From: Methanotrichaceae archaeon
GTDB lineage: Archaea; Halobacteriota; Methanosarcinia; Methanotrichales; Methanotrichaceae
Assembly: GCA_963803145.1 (NCBI GenBank)
Contig: CAWDLW010000042.1
Span: 47,342-111,341 of the forward strand
Length of the DNA stretch: 64,000 nt
Direction: 5' to 3'
The notes under the pieces are model-generated. The model did not search any database and was not told the DNA's origin. It saw nothing but the letters and a program-made list of their open reading frames with translations. Of this stretch, positions 39,978-50,437 are shown one piece after another (positions within the stretch are counted from its first letter, which is position 1; each line of letters starts with the position of its first letter). The translations under genes and the position numbers were made by a program.

Positions 39978-40262
39978 AAACTTACCTTCGATGTTTTTAG
40001 AAACTGTGATTACTCTTGATGAGATATAGCCTTACACTAATGTTTTGATCTTATTAAATATTGTAACCTCTTCTTCGGTAACGATTTACTTATTTTATTT
40101 TATGAGGTTCTCCCGAAACCTCCTCCCAAATGATAAAAGCACAAGCCATCTGTCCAAGCTCTAGATAAGAATCCAATCTTCGCTCCTCTTCTTTGGAATT
40201 AAAGCAGTCTTGATTCCAACATTATAAATCCAATCAAAGATATGTAAGGGTTGGTGAGTTTT

Positions 40263-40511
40263 ATGGATGACACCGATATGAATATCCTCAAAGCGATTAA
40301 TGAAGTCTCCCCGAAGTCCTTTATCAGCCCTGTCAAGGTTAATGAGATTCTTAAACTGGACTCAACCCTACTTGGAAACCGCTTGATGCTCTTGAAGAAT
40401 TCCGGTCATGTCGATATTATGACCAGTGAATATCCCTCTAGTCTGACCCTTCCTAATGCTATTTCAAAGGTTTATCTCACAGATCTGGGACGCAACACAC
40501 TGATAGGATAA
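40263..40511 (+). CDS. Small winged-helix-like protein
   Basis: DMNILKAI...LGNRLMLLKNSGHV...VYLTDLGR pattern. Confidence 0.6.
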   Translation: MDDTDMNILKAINEVSPKSFISPVKVNEILKLDSTLLGNRLMLLKNSGHVDIMTSEYPSSLTLPNAISKVYLTDLGRNTLIG

Positions 40512-40680
40512 GAAATCGGCTTGCTATGACATAATAAAGGGATCTCGAACGGCAGATGATAATGCACCCAAGGTCGAGTTTCTTAAGGATTTGATAAATT
40601 ACCAAGATGGCTCGACTTTAATGAGGTCTTGTGGATACTGGACGTGCTAAACATACGGCTTCGAAATGATGCCCTTTGTT

Positions 40681-40740
40681 TCATAGTACACTTAGTACGG
40701 TTTCCCGCTATTTTACCCCACATAAAAGAATAGTATAGTA
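40681..40740 (+). repeat. Dispersed ~60-bp direct repeat, copy 2
   Basis: TCATAGTACACTTAGTACGGTTTCCCGCTATTTTACCCCACATAAAAGAATAGTATAGTA; matches 34494-34554. Confidence 0.7.
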
Positions 40741-40784
40741 AACTAAAGTTGGTATCAAAACCTCAAGGGATTTGTGGCGTAGAC

Positions 40785-40864
40785 TACGTAGCTTACGTAA
40801 CAGTTACGTAGTGTTCTAAGTGTGTAAAATCAATATTAGTAAATATAATTACGTAATATACGTA
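40785..40864. repeat. Cluster of five TACGTA palindromes
   Basis: TACGTA at 40785, 40794, 40805, 40850, 40859. Confidence 0.8.
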
Positions 40865-41050
40865 GTAGACAAGGATAAGGGGTTAGGAGCACACCAAGCG
40901 ATGTCCAACTATCCATTTTCTATTTAATGTTTCGTATTGAGCAATTATAGCGCCCTTCCTAACCCACCGCTGGCAGGATAATCACAGCTGAAGGGCAACT
41001 TATAGATAATAAAACATAATTACGTGTTTCAGTTAGTGCCGGGGAATAAA

Positions 41051-44000
41051 ATGGCGATTGATAACCTCTCCCAAAGGATCTCTGAGCTTTCCGAGCGTTT
41101 AGAGGAACTCCAGATAAAGTGTGTGAGCGATCCAGCAAATGCGCCCGAAGTCCTATCCGATGCCTTGGAGAGTCTTCAGGCCAGCATTGAGGAGCTATCA
41201 GTTGCAGATGAGGAGCTTATGCAGCAGAATGAAGCACTCATGCGCGCTCAGTCAGAGCTGCAGGAGAGCGAGTCCATTCTGCACAGTTTCTTCGATAGCC
41301 CAGGAGCAATGCGGGGTATCGTCGAAGTAATTGCCGATGATGAAGTTAGGCACATTGTCGATAACGAAGTTACGGCGGGCTTTCTGGGGCTGACCCCGGA
41401 GGCAATGAGAGGCAAGTTAAGTAGTGAACTAGGCGAACCCCAGGAGATATTGCGAGTCTGGGTCAGCCATTACAGGCAAAGCCAGCTCACAGGGAAACCG
41501 GTAAGCTTCGAATATCAGGATAAGCGGGGAGACAATGAGGCATGGCTGTCTGTCACTGTTAACCGTCTGGGAGCAACGTCTGAGAGAACACAAAGGTTTT
41601 CCTATATCGTCAACGATATTACTGAGCGCAAACAAGCGGAAAGGTCGCTGCATGAAAACGAGCATCGTTTGCAGCAAGCGCAAGAGCTTTTAGAATCTGT
41701 AACGAAAGGGACGGACGTCATCATTGCGGCTATAGATACTAACTTCTGCTACACCCTATTTAACAAGGCCTATCAAGAGGAGGTAAAGCGGCTTAGCGGT
41801 ATGGATATTCACGTCGGCGCAAGCATAGTCGAAACATTTGCTCACCAGCCGGAGCAGCAGAAGATTGTCGTGGAGCAATGGAGCGAGGTCCTGGAAGGTA
41901 AGAGCACAAACAAAATGCTGGAGTTCGGGGATCCCGGTCTCTACAGGAGACTCTACAATGTCCTTCACACTCCCATCAGGGACGCCGAAGGTAAAATCGT
42001 GGGGGCTGGCGAGGTTGCCTATGACGTCACGGAAAAAGTGCGCTCTGCCGAGGCGCTGCGTGAGAGCGAAGAAAAATTGTCAGCTCTATATGCTTCGATG
42101 GTAGAGGGAATTGCGCTACACGAGATTGTTTATGATAAGGCAGAAAACCCCGTAGACTACGTAATAATAGATGTAAATCCTTCGTTCGAAAAAATCACTG
42201 GACTATCAAGAGACAAAGCCTTGGGCCAAAGGGCTTCAGCGCTTTATGGCACAGGAGCGGCCCCTTTTTTGGATATCTATTCCAGAGTCGCTTCCTCCGG
42301 CAAGCCGGAGTCGTTTGAAACTTATTTCGAACCGATGAGAAAACATTTCAATATATCGGTCTTCTCACCGGCCCGAGGTAAATTTGCGACTGTATTTTCG
42401 GACATAACCGAACATAAGCGCCAAGAGGAGAAGATTGCCAAACTGACTCGGCTCTATGCAGTGCTTAGTCGGGTGAATGAGACAATTGTCCGAATCCATG
42501 ACGTGAATTCATTGTACATAGAGGTCTGCCGTATCGTGGCGGAAGTTGCTGGCTTTCCTCTAGTCTGGATCGGCCACGTGCAACAGCATCTGGTTGTTCC
42601 AGTCGCCTGGTCTGGTCCCGCAGCTGACTACTTGAAAGATATTAAGGTAGAGGTGCAAGGCGAGTTTAGCAAGGGCCCGACAGGCACCTGTATCCGGGAG
42701 AACCGGGCAGTAGTCAACGATGATTTTGCGACAAACCCCACTACTTTGCCGTGGCGCGAATCGGCCCTACGCTGTGGGTTTCACGCATCGGCTGCATTTC
42801 CCTTGCACCGCCAGGGCAGGGCTATAGGTGCTTTCACGTTCTATGCCTACGAGCCCAACGCCTTTGATCCTGATCAGGTTGAACTGCTCGAATCGCTGAG
42901 CTCCGACATTTCTTACGCTTTGGATGCCCTTGACCAGGAGCAACTACGTATTAGGGCCGAGGAAGACCTGCGCGAAACCAGAGATTATCTGGAAAACTTG
43001 ATAGATTATGCCAATGCACCTATTATTGTCTGGGACACTGCATTCAAGATTGTTAGGTTCAACCACGCCTTTGAGCGTTTAACTGGACTTAGAGCGGCCG
43101 AAGCTATTGGAGAGCCCCTGAATATGCTCTTTCCAGAGAGCAGCCAGGTGGAATCTTTGGAGCACATCCACAACGCTATGTATGGAGAACAATGGGATGC
43201 TGTAGAGATTCCCATTCTAAGAACTGATGGGTCTGTAAGGATCGTATTATGGAATTCGGCTAATATCCACGATAAAGATGGGAAAAAGGTCGCAACTACC
43301 ATAGCCCAGGGCCAGGACATCACAGAGCGCAAGAAGGCCGAGAAGGCACTAAAGAAGGCGCATGAGGAGCTTGAGCAAAGGGTCAAGGAAAGGACCGCTG
43401 AGCTATCTGATGCAAAAGAGAACCTCGAAGTGATCAACGAAGAGCTTCAAGTGGAGATCTCAGAGCATGAGAAGACAGAGAAAGAGCTTATGGCTGCCAA
43501 GGAGGCTGCAGAGGCCGCAGTCGAGGCCAAAGCAGCTTTCCTGGCAAACATGAGCCATGAGCTTAGGACGCCCCTAAATGCAGTGATTGGTTTCTCAAGC
43601 CTCCTCCTGGATGATAATCTCACACAGGATCAGAAGGAGAACATTGAGAGAATCAGGAACGGTGGCGAAGCTCTCCTATCAATCATCAGCGATATCCTGG
43701 AGTTTTCGAGGGCAGAGAAGGAAAAGGTAAAGCTTGAGCTTCAACCCTTCAGTCTTAAGCACTGTATCGAGGAATCTCTCGGAATGGTGGCTGTCCAGGC
43801 CAATGATAAGGGCTTGAATCTGGCGTATACTATGAGCTATGGTATGCCAGATACTATCATCGGTGATCAGGGGAGGCTTAGACAAGTGCTTGTAAATCTC
43901 CTCTCGAATGCTGTCAAGTTCACGGATGAGGGAGATATATCAGTATCTATCTCTTCAAAAGCGATTGTTGGCAATAAGCGCAATATAACTTTTGCAGTCA

Positions 44001-44653
44001 AGGATACAGGAATCGGAATGCCTCAGGATAAAATGGATAGGCTATTCCAGCCCTTCTCACAACTTGAATATGTAATAAGCCGCAAGCGTGATGGCGCTGG
44101 ATTGGGACTCGCCATATGCAAGGAGATAGTTGAACTCATGGGCGGAGAGATTCGGGCCGAAAGTGAGGAGGGCAAGGGCTCTACTTTCAGATTCACTATT
44201 CCCGTAGAGACTATCCCAGGAAAGCAACTGGACTTAGGTGAGAAGGATAAAGCTGCTGTCTACGAGAACCTCGCGGCTCAAAAGCCACTGAGCATTCTTG
44301 TCGCTGAAGATAACCCTTCAAACCAGAAGGTACTCGTCGAGATGCTGAAACGCCTAGGCTACAGGGCGGACGCTGTTGCTGATGGTGTCGAGGTTCTGCA
44401 AGCACTTAAAATCCGGCCTTACGACCTGGTATTCATGGATATCAAAATGCCTGAGATGGATGGACTCACTGCCACTAAGGAAATACGTAAGCTATGGCCA
44501 GATAAAGGGCCGAATGTGGTAGCCATCACAGCTTTCTCAATGGATGGCGATCGAGAACTGTGTCTCGAAGCAGGCATGGATGGTTATATAGCAAAGCCTG
44601 TGAAGCTGGGAGAGCTGGCCGAGATCCTAATGAAATATGTCCCGAAAACATAA
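41051..44653 (+). CDS. Hybrid sensor histidine kinase (3 PAS-GAF-PAS-HisKA-HATPase-REC)
   Basis: DITERK PAC ends, GAF (GPTG..IRE, SAAFPL), ANMSHELRTPL, NLLSNAVKFT, DTGIG, GLGL, REC MDIKMPEMDG. Confidence 0.93.
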   Translation: MAIDNLSQRISELSERLEELQIKCVSDPANAPEVLSDALESLQASIEELSVADEELMQQNEALMRAQSELQESESILHSFFDSPGAMRGIVEVIADDEVRHIVDNEVTAGFLGLTPEAMRGKLSSELGEPQEILRVWVSHYRQSQLTGKPVSFEYQDKRGDNEAWLSVTVNRLGATSERTQRFSYIVNDITERKQAERSLHENEHRLQQAQELLESVTKGTDVIIAAIDTNFCYTLFNKAYQEEVKRLSGMDIHVGASIVETFAHQPEQQKIVVEQWSEVLEGKSTNKMLEFGDPGLYRRLYNVLHTPIRDAEGKIVGAGEVAYDVTEKVRSAEALRESEEKLSALYASMVEGIALHEIVYDKAENPVDYVIIDVNPSFEKITGLSRDKALGQRASALYGTGAAPFLDIYSRVASSGKPESFETYFEPMRKHFNISVFSPARGKFATVFSDITEHKRQEEKIAKLTRLYAVLSRVNETIVRIHDVNSLYIEVCRIVAEVAGFPLVWIGHVQQHLVVPVAWSGPAADYLKDIKVEVQGEFSKGPTGTCIRENRAVVNDDFATNPTTLPWRESALRCGFHASAAFPLHRQGRAIGAFTFYAYEPNAFDPDQVELLESLSSDISYALDALDQEQLRIRAEEDLRETRDYLENLIDYANAPIIVWDTAFKIVRFNHAFERLTGLRAAEAIGEPLNMLFPESSQVESLEHIHNAMYGEQWDAVEIPILRTDGSVRIVLWNSANIHDKDGKKVATTIAQGQDITERKKAEKALKKAHEELEQRVKERTAELSDAKENLEVINEELQVEISEHEKTEKELMAAKEAAEAAVEAKAAFLANMSHELRTPLNAVIGFSSLLLDDNLTQDQKENIERIRNGGEALLSIISDILEFSRAEKEKVKLELQPFSLKHCIEESLGMVAVQANDKGLNLAYTMSYGMPDTIIGDQGRLRQVLVNLLSNAVKFTDEGDISVSISSKAIVGNKRNITFAVKDTGIGMPQDKMDRLFQPFSQLEYVISRKRDGAGLGLAICKEIVELMGGEIRAESEEGKGSTFRFTIPVETIPGKQLDLGEKDKAAVYENLAAQKPLSILVAEDNPSNQKVLVEMLKRLGYRADAVADGVEVLQALKIRPYDLVFMDIKMPEMDGLTATKEIRKLWPDKGPNVVAITAFSMDGDRELCLEAGMDGYIAKPVKLGELAEILMKYVPKT

Positions 44654-45047
44654 TAGGGGAGAGATTACATTAGCAAACGCCGCTGTCTCCCTAAGCATAT
44701 CAGGTTGATGCAGTTCCTACATGATATTTGCCTTCCAACCCATTTACTTCGGCACCTATAAGTTGAAATAGTAATAACTCCCATAATATTGTTGAGGTGC
44801 GAAAATGGACTACAGGACTCTCTGTATCTATACTTGCATCGCCCCTGTAACTGCCAGCCTTCTCCAAGATGATCCGCCTGATATTCTTCTACAGCTTTCC
44901 TTAGGATTCTAGCGGGCTTAGCTGCCGCGACATACACTGTGGTGACCTAAATGCAAAACAATTTTTTATTAATAATGTAATAATATACTTTTTGCTCTAC
45001 TCCAACCAATGGATATTAGTACAAAATGATAAAAAACATAATTTGTT

Positions 45048-45638
45048 ATGATCCTCCCTCAAGCTTTTTACGAGCAAGACACGATCGCAGTCGCAAAGAA
45101 GCTTCTAGGATGTTATCTTGTACATATCGAAGATGAGGGGACGGCTATCGGGAGGATAGTTGAAACTGAAGCATATATCTCGAACGATCCCGCCTGTCAT
45201 GCATTTAGAGGCAAAACAAAAAGGAATAGCGTTCTCTTTGGCCCAGCAGGGCATGCCTATGTGTATTTGATCTACGGAATGTATTACTGCTTCAATGCGG
45301 TAACTGAACAAGTGGGAACAGGGCAGGCTGTTTTGATACGAGCATTGGAACCTGTGAAAGGAATCGAGTTGATGCGAGAAAGGCGTGGGACAAATGAACT
45401 GAAGCTCTTATGTAATGGTCCCGGGAAACTGACGCAAGCACTTGCAATAAACATATCCTTTAACGGTTTGCCCCTTTTTAGCGGCCCTATTCAAATATGG
45501 TCTTCGGAGAGTCTGCCTGGCTCTGAGGCTATAGGGGCTGATGATATTATACAGACAACTAGAATTGGAATTTCACAAGCTAAAGATGACCTTCTGAGGT
45601 TTTACTTGAAAGATAATATGTATATTTCTAGGAAGTAG
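45048..45638 (+). CDS. DNA-3-methyladenine glycosylase (MPG/AAG family)
   Basis: GRIVETEAY, DPACHA, YVYLIYGMYYCFN, AVLIRALEP, NGPGKLTQAL, RIGIS. Confidence 0.92.
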   Translation: MILPQAFYEQDTIAVAKKLLGCYLVHIEDEGTAIGRIVETEAYISNDPACHAFRGKTKRNSVLFGPAGHAYVYLIYGMYYCFNAVTEQVGTGQAVLIRALEPVKGIELMRERRGTNELKLLCNGPGKLTQALAINISFNGLPLFSGPIQIWSSESLPGSEAIGADDIIQTTRIGISQAKDDLLRFYLKDNMYISRK

Positions 45639-46153
45639 TTTGAGATAAACGATGGGGATATATGCCTAAGATATTCAGTCTTCGGTGTCGAGCGATACTT
45701 TATGAAACAGATTTTTTCTAACTGTAGAGTCTCATAAATGACCTGAAAGTGCATTCAATATGTATCGCAAGACGTTCGCAAGGGTTGCTTTAAAAATGAT
45801 TATTGGAATTCAGACATTCCATGAGCATTTCATGAATCGATCATCTCTTACCTTTTTAGAATGAAATATTATTTAATCATCAGCTATACTTTAGTTGTAC
45901 GTAAATGTATGGAGAACAACTCTGGAAAGGACATTTTCGCAGGGCTGTGGAATGCATATGGAGAAATTGGATGACTTTGGTGCATAGGTCGTTGGAAGCG
46001 AAAGCTTGTGGCAGATTAGGTGAAGATTATCATTGAGGGTGTAGACATAGCTACAATTGGAATAATAGAAATGCCTAGGCAAAAGTGCCCTTATTTGGTC
46101 TTTTCGAAGCTTTTCAGCTTAGGGATCGATACTCAACAGGAAGCAGCCGGACT

Positions 46154-47503
46154 ATGAAGCTTACCTTTGATCGAGGCACCATCCTGATCAGTGGGAACAT
46201 CAGAGTCCCGAACTCCTCATGGGATGAGCGATCAGGAGCCTTCAGGGCAATGGCCCTGCATTATAAGGATATTATCGATTTTCTAACAATGTCCAGCTTT
46301 GACTATAATGATTACGTTCTCAATCTCATACCCTGTCCTGAACTTCAAAGCAAGATTGCATTGAGGGATTACCAGAAGCAAGCATTGGAGGCATGGACTG
46401 CTAACGGCAAATGCGGCGTAATTGTACTTCCAACAGGAAGCGGCAAAACAATTATCGGCCTGAGCGCCATATCATTGCTGAATACACCAGCAATAATAGT
46501 TGCTCCAACCCTCGATCTCGTGGATCAATGGCACTCTAAGCTTGAGGAAGAGTTCAAAGTTGAGGTGGGAACTTTAGGCGGAGGAGAACAGGAGATAAAG
46601 GCCTTAACAGTATCCACCTACGATTCTGCATACATCCATGCAGATAAGCTCGGGAATAAGTTTGGTTTAATAATTTTCGATGAGGTCCATCACCTCCCTG
46701 CAGAGGGCTACAGAAACATAGCTGAGATGTTCGCCTCTCCTTTTCGGATGGGCTTAACAGCCACATTTGAGCGGGAGGATGGTTTACATAAAGAGCTTAA
46801 CCGGCTTGTAGGGGGAAAAGTCTTCGAAAAAAGGGTGGTAGATCTTGCTGGATATTATCTATCGCCCTTTAGGCTCGAGAAGATTGTAGTTGAGCTAACC
46901 GAAGAAGAGAAAGATGAGTATGCAAAAAACCAGAAACTCTTCTTGGATTATCTTGTAAGAAGCAACCTCACAATGAATAACCCCAATGGCTTCCAGAAGC
47001 TGATTATGAGGAGCGGAAGAGATCCTGAAGCCAGAAAAGCACTGCTTGCCAGAAATAAGGCAAGGGACATCGCCTTTAACAGCATCTCGAAGATAGAAAA
47101 GCTATCAGAGATTCTGAAAAGGCATAGTGCAGGCAGGATATTCATTTTTACGGAACATAACAAGCTGGTTCACAAGATCTCAAAGGAATTTCTCATACCA
47201 TCTATAACTTACAAAACCCCTGACAAAGAGAGAGGCGAGATTCTGGATGGGTTCAGATCGGGCACATATAGAGCAGTTGTCACCTCGAAGGTCCTTGATG
47301 AGGGCATAGATGTTCCTGACGCTGATGTTGGCATCGTTTTAAGCGGGACTGGAAGCGAAAGAGCCTTCATACAGAGACTGGGGAGAATCCTCCGAAAGAA
47401 AGAAGGAAAAAAAGCAGTCATGTACGAGATCGTATCGGCAGAGACAAGCGAAATCAACACCGCAAGGAAAAGAAAGAGATCATTTAGACAATATAAGCAA
47501 TAG
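46154..47503 (+). CDS. xpb: XPB/Rad25-like SF2 helicase
   Basis: LRDYQ, LPTGSGKT, DEVHH, GLTAT plus RED motif (FEREDG), LDEGIDVP, QRLGRILR. Confidence 0.9.
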   Translation: MKLTFDRGTILISGNIRVPNSSWDERSGAFRAMALHYKDIIDFLTMSSFDYNDYVLNLIPCPELQSKIALRDYQKQALEAWTANGKCGVIVLPTGSGKTIIGLSAISLLNTPAIIVAPTLDLVDQWHSKLEEEFKVEVGTLGGGEQEIKALTVSTYDSAYIHADKLGNKFGLIIFDEVHHLPAEGYRNIAEMFASPFRMGLTATFEREDGLHKELNRLVGGKVFEKRVVDLAGYYLSPFRLEKIVVELTEEEKDEYAKNQKLFLDYLVRSNLTMNNPNGFQKLIMRSGRDPEARKALLARNKARDIAFNSISKIEKLSEILKRHSAGRIFIFTEHNKLVHKISKEFLIPSITYKTPDKERGEILDGFRSGTYRAVVTSKVLDEGIDVPDADVGIVLSGTGSERAFIQRLGRILRKKEGKKAVMYEIVSAETSEINTARKRKRSFRQYKQ

Positions 47504-47526
47504 GAAATAAACGATAGGAAAATAAA

Positions 47527-49041
47527 ATGCTGACAAGCGATCTGCTTATTACAAGAGTTCATAGCGGGAAGATAGAGCCTGCTTATGCGAACCTAGATCA
47601 GGAGAGCCAGGATATTGCCGGTTCAGTTATAGATGTTTTCGATAGGCATGTAGGAAGAACCTATGGGGAGCTTATTGAAGAGATGAATGGTCTTGAGGAG
47701 ATCAACTATCGCTTTGTCAGGGGGCTGGCACAGATTCTTGAGAGACGATGTATAATCGAAAAGGATTCCGTTATTGATCCAACTGCTGCCAGGAAGGCGG
47801 TTTTTAGGGAATCCAGGGGACTTGTTACCTGTGTGGAAGAAAGGACAGAAGTTCTAAACAGGGCTTCAGGAACGCTCGCAATAAAACCAGACGATCTTGA
47901 GAAGGCTCTATGGGCAGACCTAGAAGAAAATCTTGTCATAAAAGAGTTTCAATCAATGACCCCTGAGGAACTTCTAAAGCAGTATAACCTCTCCCTTGCT
48001 CAGACTTTGCTATTCAAGGCTACAGGAATGGAGATTCAGATAGAGGATAACTACCAGCAGATCTTCAGAAGAATCAAACAGCTTGGTCTCATGTATTCCA
48101 TTGCTGATGGCAAAATATACCTGGATGGGCCTATTTCCCTGTTTAAGCTAACAGAGAAATACGGCACATCCCTTGCAAAACTGCTGCCGACAATTATGAT
48201 CTCCACAAGATGGAGCCTGAAGGCGACCATTCTCAGAAAAACATCACAGGGAAAAAGGGTTTATGATTTCACCCTTGACCATACAAAGAAATCGATCTTC
48301 GATGCAGAGCTTGGAATCAATGGGCGTGTTGATTTCGATAGTGCTATTGAAAAGGATTTCTACAATCTCGGCTTCAATGGCTGGATAGTCAGCAGAGAGC
48401 CAACAGTACTTAAAGCCGGCAAATATGCCTTTATTCCAGATTTTTCACTCGAGAAGAACGGCACTAAGATGTATGTCGAGATCATCGGCTTCTGGACGCC
48501 CGAATATCTCAAAAACAAAATTAAGAAGATAAACCAGTTGGATGAAAAAGAGCGCATAATCCTCCTGATAGATAGGAGCCTTGCATGCTCCGGCTCTGAG
48601 TTCAAAACTGAAAACCTCATTTTCTATGATAGAAAAATCCCTCACTTAGAGATAATCAAAATTTTGAGGAAATATGATGAAAAACATCTGACGGAGGAGA
48701 TTTCGAAGCTAAGAGAAACAGAAATTTCAATTGATGGCAGTAAAAACATAATTGGCCTTGATGAGCTGGCCGGAAGATATGGTGTTAGCTTGGAGGCCGT
48801 AAAAGAAGCTATCAAAGGCAAGGATAAAATCGATTACTTGCTTTTGGGAGATCAGCTTGTTAGTACTAATATCCTTCAAACAATCGAAGGCGAGTTGAGC
48901 TGTGTGAGGAAGCATAATGATGCTCTTAAGATCTTCGATAAATATGGAATAAAAGGTCACAGCCAGGCGCTGATAGCTCTTGGATATAAAGTAAAATGGA
49001 ATGGTCTATCCCCAGAGAGCGCAGAAATCTCTAAGGCATGA
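47527..49041 (+). CDS. bax1: Bax1 endonuclease (DUF790)
   Basis: MLTSDLL, YNLSLAQTLLF, DGPISLF..TEKYG, FDSAIE, IPDF...YVEIIGFWTPEYL..K; follows xpb. Confidence 0.88.
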   Translation: MLTSDLLITRVHSGKIEPAYANLDQESQDIAGSVIDVFDRHVGRTYGELIEEMNGLEEINYRFVRGLAQILERRCIIEKDSVIDPTAARKAVFRESRGLVTCVEERTEVLNRASGTLAIKPDDLEKALWADLEENLVIKEFQSMTPEELLKQYNLSLAQTLLFKATGMEIQIEDNYQQIFRRIKQLGLMYSIADGKIYLDGPISLFKLTEKYGTSLAKLLPTIMISTRWSLKATILRKTSQGKRVYDFTLDHTKKSIFDAELGINGRVDFDSAIEKDFYNLGFNGWIVSREPTVLKAGKYAFIPDFSLEKNGTKMYVEIIGFWTPEYLKNKIKKINQLDEKERIILLIDRSLACSGSEFKTENLIFYDRKIPHLEIIKILRKYDEKHLTEEISKLRETEISIDGSKNIIGLDELAGRYGVSLEAVKEAIKGKDKIDYLLLGDQLVSTNILQTIEGELSCVRKHNDALKIFDKYGIKGHSQALIALGYKVKWNGLSPESAEISKA

Positions 49042-49116
49042 AATGTGACGTTTCAGATTGCTTCAATCGATTTGTTCTATTTAGTTTAGGGGTAACTTCA
49101 TGGAAAGGGCGGCTAT

Positions 49117-49377
49117 TTACACATAGCCTCCGCCACCTTCTACTTTCACATCTCGTATCACTTTAGGCTTCTTGAAGGTCAGTATGCCCCCTATGATCAT
49201 GATAATTCCCGGGATAATCCAAAAGGCAAAGACAACTAAGAAGCCCAGCACACCTGCAATAACCATCAAGGCACCGCCTATATCCCTAAATCTTCCTACG
49301 TAGACAAAAATGCCGACAAAGATGCCGAGAAGTCCGCCAACAATTCCAAGTATGGATTCACTAGTTCTTTTTCCCAT
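49117..49377 (-). CDS. Small Gly-rich membrane protein (DUF4064-like)
   Basis: KRTSESILGIVGGLLGI..., three hydrophobic segments. Confidence 0.6.
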   Translation of the reverse strand: MGKRTSESILGIVGGLLGIFVGIFVYVGRFRDIGGALMVIAGVLGFLVVFAFWIIPGIIMIIGGILTFKKPKVIRDVKVEGGGGYV

Positions 49378-49739
49378 TTGATTATCGCTCCTTGAGCAAA
49401 CATAAGCTCGCCAGACCTCTGCCATCACTTCGAAGAATGGCAAACATCAACATTTAATATTATTTTTGACTAACATGGTTAAATAAACTTTTGCTGATGT
49501 AGCTTGAAAGGCGCTTAATAGTCACAGAGGATATACTTTTAGGGATTCTGTCAAGTCTATGGTATTAAGAGCTTAGTATCCATACTATTTTTCTATCTTG
49601 TTCTTGCGATTTCTTAGACAGAATCATACAATTTCCTACATTTAATCAACTTGTCTTATTCGATCTCAAATAGGATAATAAGCCTGGATAATTTCAGTGA
49701 TGACATAATAGACATACACAAGGTTGAATTGGGATAAAT

Positions 49740-50045
49740 ATGAGAAAATTGATAATATTCTGGCTAGTCGTTTTGCTATTGGCTTTGGATTGCAAGGCGA
49801 ATGAACCTGTACAGCTCAGTGGAATCGGTGGCCAAACCATTTTGGCGCAGGTAGTCAGCACGAATATAACCAATCAAATAACCAAAGCGTCTGCCGTTGA
49901 TCTCTGGAGCTGGGGAAAGATTCCGCTAAACTATGCATTGAATGGATCGAATAAAATATTCGAGCTGCCACCGATCGATGATGATAATGCATGGTTGGCA
50001 ACTAAATCTACAGAGCTAGGGTTAGAAACGAAAGTGTTTACATGA
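49740..50045 (+). CDS. Secreted DLWSWG-motif protein, paralog 2
   Basis: Signal peptide, EPVQLSGIGG, VDLWSWGKIP. Confidence 0.7.
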   Translation: MRKLIIFWLVVLLLALDCKANEPVQLSGIGGQTILAQVVSTNITNQITKASAVDLWSWGKIPLNYALNGSNKIFELPPIDDDNAWLATKSTELGLETKVFT

Positions 50046-50437
50046 GAAAACACATTGGAGTATACATGAGAGCTCTGTTGCATAGCGGCGGCGGAGCAAA
50101 GATAATTAAAAGATAGTGGTCTTCTATTATCGTCTCCCTACATAACGCAGTAGAGCGGACGATATCCTAAGTATAGGCCTATGTATAACCTACAAGCTAT
50201 CCTCCTATTTTTCGCTGATGCTCCTACAAAATATCGGTTTTTCGCATTTAGGGCACAACTCATTGAATCATGAAGATTTTGAGGAGATAACTGTATAGTC
50301 CCGAAACTATTGACTCTAAAAACCTTTTGGCTTCTTAGGGAAAGGGGAATAAGGGAGTAAAGCTAGCTAAAAGAAAGGTCAAGGACAAAATTAAAAACAG
50401 AATCAATAGCTAAAGCATTAAAGAGAATGAAAAATGG

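Noticed and set aside
40570-40630. Short KVEFLKDLINYQDGS stretch resembling a cupin N-terminus
   Set aside because: About 20 codons, too short to support.
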